Virus record (IMG/VR): IMGVR_UViG_3300042894_008159
Coordinates: 62,001-124,012 of that record
Reading direction: 5' to 3' (one strand)
Length of the DNA stretch: 62,012 nt
Source of the DNA: an uncultured virus (IMG/VR IMGVR_UViG_3300042894_008159)
Taxonomy: Duplodnaviria > Heunggongvirae > Uroviricota > Caudoviricetes
Translations under genes and position numbers: made by a program
Notes under the pieces: model-generated
The model's database searches: none
Told to the model about the DNA's origin: nothing
What the model saw: only the letters and a program-made list of their open reading frames with translations
Part shown: positions 1 to 9,293 of the stretch, one piece after another
Layout: every line of letters begins with the position of its first letter
Numbering within the stretch: position 1 is the stretch's first letter

Positions 1-107
1 TCTGTTGCTCTTTTAAGAAGATTGTCCACCGAGGCATTTTCATTAAGCTTCATAAAATCTGTAATAATAGATTTTGCAGCAGGGTTGTGAGTGAAATAAT
101 TTCTCAT
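1..107 (-). CDS. 5' end of a hypothetical protein running off the window edge; candidate internal head protein
   Basis: ATG at 107 just after the stop of 110..379; reads MRNYFTHNPAAKSIITDFMKLNENASVDNLLKRAT, with the L-N-E motif seen in neighbouring genes. Not in the ORF track. Confidence 0.65.
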   Translation of the reverse strand, partial: MRNYFTHNPAAKSIITDFMKLNENASVDNLLKRAT

Positions 108-109
108 CT

Positions 110-379
110 TTAGTATATGTTTGTTTTATCTCCAGATTTTTCTTTAGCTTCCATTGATGTTGCCAGTTTATTCAGCATAGCAGGTAATGCAGCATATAGA
201 GTCGCTTGTTTTTTTAAACTGGCAGTTTTTTGAGCTACCTCTGATTGATTCTTTTCATTTTGGATTTCGTCCCTAATGGCTTGCAATTGATCATTCACCG
301 CCTTCTTAGCATTTACTAAATCTGAATTAACATCCTCGTTCAAAGGGAAATCCCCAAGATTTAAAATAATTTTAGTCAT
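110..379 (-). CDS. Small helical hypothetical protein, candidate internal head protein
   Basis: 89 aa ORF overlapping the upstream stop; N-terminus ...DFPLNE. Confidence 0.6.
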   Translation of the reverse strand: MTKIILNLGDFPLNEDVNSDLVNAKKAVNDQLQAIRDEIQNEKNQSEVAQKTASLKKQATLYAALPAMLNKLATSMEAKEKSGDKTNIY

Positions 380-1280
380 ATCTTCTGGCTATTGTTATTT
401 TCGTTCTGACGTCACCTATTTTGTCGGTATGCTTTGTTTTCAAGTCTCTAATTTCTCTTTTAAGCTGAGCATCGCTCATACCAATTTTAGCCGCGTCTGC
501 TTCTAATCTTTCCACATCTAGATCTCTAATAGCACACATTTCATTTTTAACCCGTGTCAATTCTCTTATTAGATCTTTTGTGTTTTCTTTACCTAATTCT
601 TGTGCGTATTTTTCAAATTCAGTTCCAGAATAACCCAAAATTTTATTGAGAGTAGATTTGGCAATTTTAGAAGGACCGTAATTTTTAGACATTTTTACAG
701 AAGAAGACTTAACGAATTCTTCGGTTGGCAATTTCATCTCGCCATATTTTTTTCTGAAATCCTCATCTTTTTCTTTGGCAATCAAAGCAGCCTTTTTGTA
801 CTTATCATATAGTTCTTCTCCTAGATCTGTGTTGGTAAGTTTTTTTGCCACATCATATAAGCGTTCAGCAATTTCTTTTTCTGCCCTGCTTTTCTTCAAA
901 TTCCAATAAGAGACTAATTTAGAATTTTTTTCCACAATTTTTCTAACCTTTTCCTCTATATCAGAAATAGATGAATTTTTCTTAACTAACATAGACTGAA
1001 GTAGTTTTTCGTTCCTATCAATCATACGATCCAACTTTCTAGATTCCGCTGGATCGTTTGTAATTTGGGCCTTTTGTACCTGAAGAGCATCTATCTCGGT
1101 AGCAATTTTATCCCATTCTTTTGTGTAATCTTCTTCTATTTGGATAATGTCTTCCAAATATGAATCAATCTTACTTGTTTTTCCACCAAAAAAGTTTCCA
1201 AACCAATTTAAAATATCTTTCATTGAGTTTCCTTCATTCAATGAATTGTGAAGGTCCCATTGTTTAAAATTATAAACCAT
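372..1280 (-). CDS. Coiled-coil protein, candidate internal head protein; paralog of 1295..1876
   Basis: 302 aa, K/E-rich; N-terminus MVYNFKQWDLHNSLNE; shares AE..YD.AKK segment with the next gene. Confidence 0.65.
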   Translation of the reverse strand: MVYNFKQWDLHNSLNEGNSMKDILNWFGNFFGGKTSKIDSYLEDIIQIEEDYTKEWDKIATEIDALQVQKAQITNDPAESRKLDRMIDRNEKLLQSMLVKKNSSISDIEEKVRKIVEKNSKLVSYWNLKKSRAEKEIAERLYDVAKKLTNTDLGEELYDKYKKAALIAKEKDEDFRKKYGEMKLPTEEFVKSSSVKMSKNYGPSKIAKSTLNKILGYSGTEFEKYAQELGKENTKDLIRELTRVKNEMCAIRDLDVERLEADAAKIGMSDAQLKREIRDLKTKHTDKIGDVRTKITIARRYD

Positions 1281-1294
1281 ATTTTGTGTTTATT

Positions 1295-1876
1295 TTAAGG
1301 GGTAGTCAATTTATTTATCATTTCCTGTGCTTCTTTCTTTGCCTGATCTAAAGCATCTTTTAGATTTTCAATTTCTGAAGCTTCTGCAGAAATTTTTTTA
1401 GCCAAATCATATTCAAATTCAGCTAAATCAATTTCTAACTCAGCCATTTTTGCTTTTATAACTTCTTTTAAACGTGGAGATTTCGCTCCCTCTTTTCTTA
1501 ATAATTCTTTCGCTTTTTCAATTGCTGTAGATTTTGATTTAACCATAGCTTTATATTCATTTTTCTTCGCTTCAATTTGTTCTTTGATTGATTCGACTGC
1601 ATCTTGATTGATTGGTGTTCTATCACGAATACCTTTCAACTTAAGATCCATATTACGCAAAGTTTTTTTCAAATCATATTTTGCTTGAAGCAAATCTTTT
1701 TCATATTCCAAAATATTATCTACTATATAATTAATTGTTTTGGTCTTAGAATAAGGCATTATTGAATCTATTGCATTTGCTAAAGAATCCATAAACCCTT
1801 CTTTGAGGTGAGAATCGTTGGATTTTGAGCCAAATTGTAAATCTATATAGGAATTAAAATCCTTTACTTTTGACAT
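1295..1876 (-). CDS. Coiled-coil protein, candidate internal head protein
   Basis: The track's 1921 start lies in the capsid-gene terminator; ATG 1876 (MSKVKDFNSYI...HLKE) is about 22 nt downstream of a GATATATA motif. Confidence 0.65.
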   Translation of the reverse strand: MSKVKDFNSYIDLQFGSKSNDSHLKEGFMDSLANAIDSIMPYSKTKTINYIVDNILEYEKDLLQAKYDLKKTLRNMDLKLKGIRDRTPINQDAVESIKEQIEAKKNEYKAMVKSKSTAIEKAKELLRKEGAKSPRLKEVIKAKMAELEIDLAEFEYDLAKKISAEASEIENLKDALDQAKKEAQEMINKLTTP

Positions 1877-1919
1877 GACTTGGGTTTTATTTTTATCTAT
1901 ATATCTTTTCTTCACAAAC

Positions 1920-1947
1920 AAAAAACCCCAGACCGAAGCCTGGGGTT
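1920..1947 (-). terminator. Rho-independent terminator after the major capsid gene
   Basis: Minus strand AACCCCAGG-CTTCGG-TCTGGGGTTTTTT: GC stem, C(UUCG)G tetraloop, U-tract. Confidence 0.9.
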
Positions 1948-1968
1948 CTTGTTGTTATCTGGTTAGGA

Positions 1969-3696
1969 TTAAACCAGACCGCCAGTAGGCAGGTTAACAT
2001 TGAAGCAGAGATACATGGTTTCTGGGTGGAAACCAGCTTCTACTAGAGAGTAACGAGACTTAACTGCGATTTTAGGTGACATTGTACCTTCAGAGATTGT
2101 CTGAATCGATTCTGCCATCATGTAAGGCATGAATTTGAGACCTGGCTCATCATCACCACCTTTTCTTCCAACGAGGATTCTGGTGTCGTTGTACCTCATG
2201 TTTTGATCCACATACACGGTCATACCGGCCAAAGATCCAACTGGGTACAAAGTACCGTTGTTCTGAGTCAAGGTATTGGTGAAAGGAGCAAAGGTGAATT
2301 GGCTGATATCTTGCATCGCCGAAGCCAAGTTTGCATTGGTGACGATGAAGTTAGCAGGACCCCTTCTACCTCTGTTTGCTACCACGTTAGCGGCTGCAAG
2401 GATACGGGAGAAAAGTCTTCTCTGTAGAGTTGACAAGTTTTCATATCCACCATTTGCAGGACCTGCGGTACCAGTCATAGTCAAAGGCTGGTCTGTTTTT
2501 CCAACATAGGAAGGAATGGTGTAAGAACCAGCAAGTCCACCAAGAACCAAATTCAGGTTCAGGTTTTGACCTTCAACTGTGTTGAAGTCATAACAGTTAG
2601 ACCAACCGAGAGCAAAAGCTCTGGCCAGAATGTGCTTGTTAATCGCCTGAGAAACCTCATTAACCAGTGCGTTCTCGATCATAGAAATGACGTCGATACC
2701 GAACTGCTTGTTAAGGTCCTGGATTTGCTCCGTAGTGACGGAAGCAGCTACCTGGAAGGTGTCAGCTTCTACGAACTTCGTGAAGGTCGAAAGACCCATC
2801 AAGTTGTAGTAGTTTTCTTCACCTACGCCTCTAAGCATTGGATTGTAAGTCCTCGTACCATCTACGAAAGGACCCTGCCAGTTCTGGTCGTCATAGAAAC
2901 CAGCTCCAGAGAAACCTTGGATATGATCTTCCAAAGCTTTAACCAAAGAAGCAGTAGATGTGGTAGTACCAACTTCAGCTCCGTTGATTGAAGTACCAAC
3001 TTTAGTTGCACCCCCATTAACAACGGAAGCAACAGATTCGCCTTCTGTAATTCCGATAATTTCGAAGATCGGGAAGCCGTCAATCCTAGAAAGACCAACA
3101 AACCTAGCAGAGATATAAGCACCTGCTGATGTAGCGTTAGTAATGTAATACGTAGTACCTGGTGTGCCTGGTCCTACTACTAGTAAAGACATGTCTGTCT
3201 GGGTGGTGATTTGCAATTTGATCATTGCAGGAGCAGCGGCCAAAGCATCGGCTGCGGTAGTACCTACGGATTGAGGACTGAGTTTACCACCGGCATACAC
3301 GTAGTCGAGGTAAGACAAAACGCCAGAAGGACCTGACATAGGAATAACTGGAACGATATCGAAACCTACAGTCTTCGCAGCTACCTGAATAGCCAAAGGA
3401 AGAAGTGAAGGAAACTTATCGCCAGAACCTTGCCAAGATTGGCTGTAGAATCCTTGGTTAGGACCGTAACCACCAACCGAAGTAGCTTGTGTTGCTCCAG
3501 GAAAGACAGGAGGTGCAACGGGACCCATGCCGTTGACAACGTTCAACGACTGGTATGCACCGGCAGATTCGTTGAGGGAGTGATAGTGGCAGTATTTAGA
3601 CAACCACGCTTTTTTAGAAGGATCAGTGATACCAGCTTTCTGTTCGATGATAGGCGACCAGGTATCGAAGATCTCAGCTTCGTTAATTAGTTTCAT
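1969..3696 (-). CDS. gp23: Major capsid protein, T4 gp23-like
   Basis: Motifs V.PMSGPSG, EQIQDL..QFGID, EVSQAINK.I, RRGPANFIV, G.L.GM.VYVD, FMPY, PKIAVKSRY; follows the prohead protease; strong terminator. Confidence 0.93.
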   Translation of the reverse strand: MKLINEAEIFDTWSPIIEQKAGITDPSKKAWLSKYCHYHSLNESAGAYQSLNVVNGMGPVAPPVFPGATQATSVGGYGPNQGFYSQSWQGSGDKFPSLLPLAIQVAAKTVGFDIVPVIPMSGPSGVLSYLDYVYAGGKLSPQSVGTTAADALAAAPAMIKLQITTQTDMSLLVVGPGTPGTTYYITNATSAGAYISARFVGLSRIDGFPIFEIIGITEGESVASVVNGGATKVGTSINGAEVGTTTSTASLVKALEDHIQGFSGAGFYDDQNWQGPFVDGTRTYNPMLRGVGEENYYNLMGLSTFTKFVEADTFQVAASVTTEQIQDLNKQFGIDVISMIENALVNEVSQAINKHILARAFALGWSNCYDFNTVEGQNLNLNLVLGGLAGSYTIPSYVGKTDQPLTMTGTAGPANGGYENLSTLQRRLFSRILAAANVVANRGRRGPANFIVTNANLASAMQDISQFTFAPFTNTLTQNNGTLYPVGSLAGMTVYVDQNMRYNDTRILVGRKGGDDEPGLKFMPYMMAESIQTISEGTMSPKIAVKSRYSLVEAGFHPETMYLCFNVNLPTGGLV

Positions 3697-3721
3697 TTTT
3701 TTAGAGATTTTTTTTGTTTTT

Positions 3722-5755
3722 TTAGAATTTGCCTTCTAGTGACTTAGCCACCCAGCTCAGATAATCGTTGCTGTAAGCAGCGGTTGCCTGACTGTTTGAA
3801 GACTCTGATATGTTTTCGTTCTCTTGCAATTTTTGCATAGCCAGAGGCTTAGGTCCAAATTGACGGGTTGACCAGAAATTTCTGATCTGATAAGGTGTAT
3901 TGAGATTGTGGAAAATAGACTGGGCAATAATTGATTGCTTATGTCCTTCGCTCAATGACTCCCAAATCGGAGCATACTCTGTTGGCATCTCGTCGATGAA
4001 CTTGTGGCCAGATGTTGGTTTGGCGTCTGCATTCTCGTTGAGAACTTGTTCTGCTTTTTGTGTTTGAGCAGTAGGCTGCCATTTGCTTTCAGCCTTTCTT
4101 TGATCATTTTCGGTCTTTTGGGTTTGGACCGACTCAATTAGGAAATCAATTTGTTTGCCAAGATTTGTATAATCTCCTGCAAACCCAGACTCCGCTAATT
4201 CAGTTCTTGAGGCGACTTCTGCCTGTCTCCGTGCGTCTTTTTCAACCACTGGTTGATATCCTACGCTTTCAGACAAAGACTCGGTGTACGAAATCGTGCC
4301 ATTTAATTTTTCGGCTATGTATTCAGAATAAGAAATTGTTCTGTTTACATTTTCTGCCAAATATTCGGAATAAGAAATTCCTTGTTCTAATTTTTCGCCA
4401 ATATATTCTGAGTAGGCAATACCTTTATCAAGGTTTTCACCAAGATATTCTGAGTAGGCAATACCTTTGTCCAAATTCTCCGCGAGATATTCAGCATAAG
4501 AAATGTTTCTATCTAACTTCTCTGCGAGATATTCAGAATAAGAAATATTTCTGTCTACATTTTCTGCCAGATATTCTGAGTAGGCAATAGTGTGATCCAC
4601 ATTCTCTGCAAGATATTCGGAATATTGAATGGTGTCATCCAATTTTTCTGCGAGATATTTAGAGTAGTTAATACCTTTATCCACGTTCTCTGCCACATAC
4701 TCGGAATACAAAATTGACTTGTCAACGTTCTCTGCGAGGTATTTAGAATAGGAGATATTCTTGTCAAGATTCTCTGCGAGATATTTGCTGTAAGTAATGG
4801 AGTTGTCCAAATTCTCTGCAACGTATTCGCCATACTTGATAGATGCTTCCAGATTTTCTGCCAAATACTCGCAGTATTTTTCTAGACGATCTACTCTTTC
4901 CTCGAGTTGTTTTGTATAAGAATCTGAGCTTTCTACCAAATTCTGAGTGGTCTTAGCCTCGCGGATTTGAGACTCGAGCTCATCCATTTTTTTCTTTAAG
5001 AAAATGGAATAATTGTTGAGTTCTTCACTCGTTACATATTCTTTTCTGGACTCCATGATGTTATTTTTATTTTTGTCTGATTTGAGTATTTTTTTAAATT
5101 CTTCATTATCGTCAACCTTATATATCATCACTCCCGAATCATTTTTGATACCTAAAGACTCGTTGAGACATTTTAGATCGTGAACAACTGAATTTTTGTT
5201 CCGATTCGAAAAATCAGAGAATGTAAAACCAGCGCTTTCGTATACTCTTTCTAATTGAGCATCCTGAAAACCTGGATCTGCTACAAGATCATAAGTGAAG
5301 ATTTTTTTAATTTGAACTTTCTTATCTGGGCCAACATTTCCAGCTGCACGAGAAGAAATAGAAAGTGGAATGCCTGCATCAACCAATTTCTTGGCTATTT
5401 GGCCAGCAGGAGTGTCAAGCAATTTTACCGTGATTTTAAGTACTCTTCCGCTTTTGTCGTATTGGAGATCCTCGATGATATGAGAGATATTCTTCAAAGA
5501 GACATCAAATTTTTCAGGATGATCCAACTCTCCAACCAATCTCTTTTGTTTGATCTTATCATTCAGGTAATCCAAATGTGGGAGATATTCACTTTCTTCG
5601 TAAATTCTGTTGTTATTGTTTTCTTTCCCGAACTGTGCTGCAATACCTTTTAAAGTGTAGCCATCTGAGTCTTTAGAAGCCTCAACGTGATGACCTTGCT
5701 TCTCCAAGATAAACACCAGATTCTCATTCATAAAAGGTAAATCTTCCATCATCAT
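3722..5755 (-). CDS. gp21: Prohead protease (gp21-like) fused to a scaffold/core-like coiled-coil region
   Basis: N.N.RIY, GELDHP (His), ISSRAAG (Ser), TYDLVADPG; long C-terminal extension with tandem repeats. Confidence 0.9.
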   Translation of the reverse strand: MMMEDLPFMNENLVFILEKQGHHVEASKDSDGYTLKGIAAQFGKENNNNRIYEESEYLPHLDYLNDKIKQKRLVGELDHPEKFDVSLKNISHIIEDLQYDKSGRVLKITVKLLDTPAGQIAKKLVDAGIPLSISSRAAGNVGPDKKVQIKKIFTYDLVADPGFQDAQLERVYESAGFTFSDFSNRNKNSVVHDLKCLNESLGIKNDSGVMIYKVDDNEEFKKILKSDKNKNNIMESRKEYVTSEELNNYSIFLKKKMDELESQIREAKTTQNLVESSDSYTKQLEERVDRLEKYCEYLAENLEASIKYGEYVAENLDNSITYSKYLAENLDKNISYSKYLAENVDKSILYSEYVAENVDKGINYSKYLAEKLDDTIQYSEYLAENVDHTIAYSEYLAENVDRNISYSEYLAEKLDRNISYAEYLAENLDKGIAYSEYLGENLDKGIAYSEYIGEKLEQGISYSEYLAENVNRTISYSEYIAEKLNGTISYTESLSESVGYQPVVEKDARRQAEVASRTELAESGFAGDYTNLGKQIDFLIESVQTQKTENDQRKAESKWQPTAQTQKAEQVLNENADAKPTSGHKFIDEMPTEYAPIWESLSEGHKQSIIAQSIFHNLNTPYQIRNFWSTRQFGPKPLAMQKLQENENISESSNSQATAAYSNDYLSWVAKSLEGKF
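4289..4876 (-). repeat. 14 tandem 42-bp (14-aa) coding repeats, consensus YSEYLAENLDKxIS
   Basis: Counted in the translation from YCEYLAENLEASIK to YSEYIAEKLNGTIS; 588 bp = 14 x 42. Confidence 0.95.
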
Positions 5756-5771
5756 TCTTTTTTTTATCTCT

Positions 5772-5779
5772 TATATATC
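5772..5779 (-). promoter_or_regulatory. Late promoter motif GATATATA (representative copy, upstream of protease/capsid operon)
   Basis: Exact copies also at 1898, 9265, 11995, 21166, 25499, 27836, 38737, 38788, 43980, 47753, 49917; variants at 11426, 32579, 33909, 35111 (GATAAATA), 59176; each shortly upstream of a gene start. Resembles T4 late TATAAATA. Confidence 0.85.
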
Positions 5780-5820
5780 AAAATAACTTTACAAAATTTT
5801 GAGTTTTTAACACTTGTTAA

Positions 5821-8463
5821 TTATTTGTAAGAAATTCTATCTTTAATTTCTTCTGCAAATTTTACAGCGGCGTCAAAACCTGCTTGTCCCCTTTTTATTC
5901 TTCTGACTCTATCTCCTAGAATTCCTGCCTCTTTGTTTTTCAAAATCACCTTGGTTGGCTTTTTATCTCTATCATAAACCAATGTAACTTTTGTAACGGT
6001 TTTCCAATTTTCAATTCCTAATTCTTTTCGTTGATCTGGAGTTAAAAATTCTTCTGCTACATTCACGTCTTCTCCTGCCTCCCCAGACGGGTCATCTTTA
6101 ATGATTAATCTTCTTTTCCTATCAACTATGCTTACATCTTTCGGGGATGCCTTCACTTTTTCATCTTCTCCGTCTTCTGGACCAGGCTGAAGCGGAGCTA
6201 TTTCTTCCTCTTCTTCTGGTTCTTCCACTTCTTTAGGCTTTTCGTAAGTTGCAAGTCCAAAACGAGGATTATAAACAGGATCGTTTGATGTAACTTCAAC
6301 TACGATAGGATCACCAGGGGAAGCTTCTAAACTTTCATCACCAACTACAAAATATTTAATTTCCGGCTTTCTGTCTTTAACTTCGGGATCAACAAATTCT
6401 ATTGTATTTATCTGATAAATTGGGAGTGACAATCTAGAATAAGTTGAATTTTCTTGGTTTTCATTGGATTTTTCTTTTTGATTTTGGATTTTTTCTGACC
6501 TTTCATAATCCTCAATCCATTGTTTTTCCAGATCTTCTACATCAGGGATATTAGATTTTTTCGAACTATTTTTCTCTTTTTCTGTTGATTCTGTATCTTC
6601 TGAAGATTCGCTATCACCTCGAGAATTTGTTGCTTCAAAGATGAAATTAAATTCATCAAAAGAGAGTGTAGATGTTTTTTCATTTAAAAATTTCGAAGTT
6701 TCCGCCAAGAAATTATTATTCTCTTTCATATCAGAATTACCTTGCCCAGCAAAGTCAGGTAAAAATCTTTCGACCCCCAAATTATCCAACTCAGATTCGG
6801 ATAAAAGTTTTCCGGAAACATTCAATTTGTTCCCACCTTGGTTTTGGAAATTAAATTCATAAGATTCTGGAGCTCCTTCTGGTACATAATAAGTTTTGTC
6901 TGGAGCTTCTTGATAAGCTTTTTCCATCTCATCCCAATCACAATATCCTACAAAAGAAGTTGCCATCTTGTAATCATCCATATTCTGTAAAGCAACCATT
7001 TCAAATTCTAGATCATCATTATCTAAAACCCCATGTTCGAATTTATCATTCTCATTAAAAACTAGTAAAACGAGCTCATTCTCAGTTACCAATTTTTTTA
7101 ATTCTTTGGAATGAACATCAATCAACATAAAATAAGATAATCCGTCGATTTCTAATATTTTAATCAAGTCCATGGTTGTCCTGGTGTCAGTTGAAAATAT
7201 ATAAGAAGCCCATCCTCCTCCAGCATCATTCGTCCAACACACTGTGATTGGTTTACCAATTTGAATTTTTCCAGGTTCAAATACTTTGGATGCGAAATCA
7301 TCTACCTCTCCATACCTGGGAGCTTGTTTACTTGAAAACCAATTGTAAGAAGATTGAATAATGTCCACTGCAGCAAGTCCAAGTCCAATCGGTCCTAAAA
7401 ATTTAGTAACTCCTCTGCCAAGAAGTTTAGATCCTGCTTTGGCTGCTCCCTTCCCAGCTACCTTACCAGACAATTTAATTTTAGCTCTGTTCATGGCATT
7501 TTTTCCAACCGCTCCAGCAAGCTTTATGGTTTTTCCGCCCCTCTTAACATAAGGAACACCATCTTTTACAAATACCCCATTTGGTAGTTTAACTGTTTTA
7601 CCTTCTAACGAAGGACCACCACCAAAAAAATTTTTGATTGATTCCCAAGTTCCTTTCTGAGCAATAGATTTAACCCTTTCTGTCCCCTTAAAAATTCCTT
7701 TAGCTTTTTTCCATAAAAACATAGATGCGGCTACAGAACCTGCTACTTTTGATGCTACGACAACTGCAGCTAAACCAATACCTGCAGTTAATACTTTAGA
7801 AGTAAATTCAGCAACGTCCAACAAATAAGCTTTAGCATCTGTTTTTGGTTCTGTCCCCAGTGGAATTGAATAGGTCATCTCACCTATTACTAATTTTGGG
7901 GTGTCCTTAATTTTCTTGAATTTTATTGCCTGTCTTCCTTCTGGTACTGGACTTCCAGACTCGTCAAACGGATCAAAAACAATTGCATAATCTTCTTCTT
8001 CCTTTAATGTATCGAGTTGCAATGTGTCCTTTAGTACTCCGTTTTTTTGTAGTTGTTCGACCGCATACATGAATTTTGTGGCTCTTTCTTTGGAGTTTCC
8101 TGTATTTTCCTCCGCTTCATAAACTTTTAAAAATTCATCGAATCCAGAAATTCGGCCCGAATTAATTATTGAATTTTTTTGAAAATCAAAAAATTGACGA
8201 TAGAAATCTTCTACCTCTTCAAAATCTTCTAACAAAGATTGACCAACGTCAAAATATGATTCTGCTTCTGCAGTCCAACTTCTAGGATTTTTTTTCAACC
8301 ATTGTTGCCATTTATCTGTGTATGACCACCACTGAAAATCATTAAGATCGGTGGGCGTTCCCTCTACGCTAGTAGGGAAGGAAATAATAGGGAAAACTGA
8401 TCCGGGTGAATCCGGATCTTGACTTGCAGTGAAAGTCGAATTTTTTTTAAAAAGTAAAATCAT
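5821..8463 (-). CDS. Large acidic protein with two Gly/Ala-rich hydrophobic segments; candidate packaged or ejected protein
   Basis: 880 aa; VLTAGIGLAAVVVASKVAGSVAASMFLW and FLGPIGLGLAAVDII; internal F.EF...E motifs; beside the head genes. Confidence 0.5.
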   Translation of the reverse strand: MILLFKKNSTFTASQDPDSPGSVFPIISFPTSVEGTPTDLNDFQWWSYTDKWQQWLKKNPRSWTAEAESYFDVGQSLLEDFEEVEDFYRQFFDFQKNSIINSGRISGFDEFLKVYEAEENTGNSKERATKFMYAVEQLQKNGVLKDTLQLDTLKEEEDYAIVFDPFDESGSPVPEGRQAIKFKKIKDTPKLVIGEMTYSIPLGTEPKTDAKAYLLDVAEFTSKVLTAGIGLAAVVVASKVAGSVAASMFLWKKAKGIFKGTERVKSIAQKGTWESIKNFFGGGPSLEGKTVKLPNGVFVKDGVPYVKRGGKTIKLAGAVGKNAMNRAKIKLSGKVAGKGAAKAGSKLLGRGVTKFLGPIGLGLAAVDIIQSSYNWFSSKQAPRYGEVDDFASKVFEPGKIQIGKPITVCWTNDAGGGWASYIFSTDTRTTMDLIKILEIDGLSYFMLIDVHSKELKKLVTENELVLLVFNENDKFEHGVLDNDDLEFEMVALQNMDDYKMATSFVGYCDWDEMEKAYQEAPDKTYYVPEGAPESYEFNFQNQGGNKLNVSGKLLSESELDNLGVERFLPDFAGQGNSDMKENNNFLAETSKFLNEKTSTLSFDEFNFIFEATNSRGDSESSEDTESTEKEKNSSKKSNIPDVEDLEKQWIEDYERSEKIQNQKEKSNENQENSTYSRLSLPIYQINTIEFVDPEVKDRKPEIKYFVVGDESLEASPGDPIVVEVTSNDPVYNPRFGLATYEKPKEVEEPEEEEEIAPLQPGPEDGEDEKVKASPKDVSIVDRKRRLIIKDDPSGEAGEDVNVAEEFLTPDQRKELGIENWKTVTKVTLVYDRDKKPTKVILKNKEAGILGDRVRRIKRGQAGFDAAVKFAEEIKDRISYK

Positions 8464-8472
8464 ATTTTATTA

Positions 8473-9243
8473 TTATTTATGTTTCAGATCTAGGATTTTA
8501 ACAAGCCTCTTTATGTATCCACCTTTAAGGAGCTTATGATAAGATGAACTTTCTAACAAAGTTTTGGAATTTCCATCGAAAGCTTTTTTTCTTAGTTTAC
8601 CAAGTTTAGCCTGAACTTTTTTAATAATCTGTTTTTCGACTTTAGGATCTGTAAATTCAGAATTTTGGATTCTTTCTAACTTTTCTAGTAGATAACAAAC
8701 ATTGATGGCGCTTTTTTCGTCTAGATCGAAATTTTCATTTTCTTCCAAATTGGGTAACTTTTTCCATTTAGATTCTTTCAAAGAATAAACACCAGATTTA
8801 GATAGGGATTCCCCTTCGCCTAAAACCTCAAGTTCAACCTCATGTCCCCTTAAAGTAGTTTCTGGATTTGAATGCCACAAAAAAGCCTGGTGGTTTATTT
8901 TTTCTGCCACCAATCCTTTGGATTCGCTGTGCGAATCCAAATCAAAAACAATCTCAATTTCTAAAGGTGAATCCTCAGTATATTTCGGTCCACACATGGG
9001 ACCTACTAAACGAACATCCGAAACTTCACATTTATGACCAATTGAATCCTCAACATTTTGGACGAATGTTTCGGATATTCGAAGTAATTTTTTTCTTACA
9101 ATGGGATCTAAATCCCATTTAATTTGGCCAGAATGATGTTTATATTTATCCCATATTTTTGGAGAAAGTACAGGAGATGATTGGGCACGGCCCAAATCAT
9201 TTTCACCTAAAAATTCATCAAAGTTTGAAACAGAAAATCCCAA
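8473..9243 (-). CDS. Nucleotidyltransferase-fold protein with degenerate catalytic motif
   Basis: LDPIVRKKLL.I...DVRLVGP...Y...SPLEIEIVFD...HEVEL...SGVYSL..KW.K.P follows a phage Pol-beta-like NTase pattern, but GS and DxD are replaced. Confidence 0.55.
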   Translation of the reverse strand: MGFSVSNFDEFLGENDLGRAQSSPVLSPKIWDKYKHHSGQIKWDLDPIVRKKLLRISETFVQNVEDSIGHKCEVSDVRLVGPMCGPKYTEDSPLEIEIVFDLDSHSESKGLVAEKINHQAFLWHSNPETTLRGHEVELEVLGEGESLSKSGVYSLKESKWKKLPNLEENENFDLDEKSAINVCYLLEKLERIQNSEFTDPKVEKQIIKKVQAKLGKLRKKAFDGNSKTLLESSSYHKLLKGGYIKRLVKILDLKHK

Positions 9244-9293
9244 AATCCGGACATTTATTTGGACTATATATCCAAATAAATTCCGAACAAGAT

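Noticed and set aside
1877..1921. Track start for the 208-aa ORF
   Set aside because: It begins in the capsid terminator U-tract, upstream of the late promoter; ATG 1876 is more plausible.
4289..4876. 42-bp periodic array as a possible CRISPR
   Set aside because: No constant repeat with unique spacers; variation is codon-like and in frame within the protease gene.
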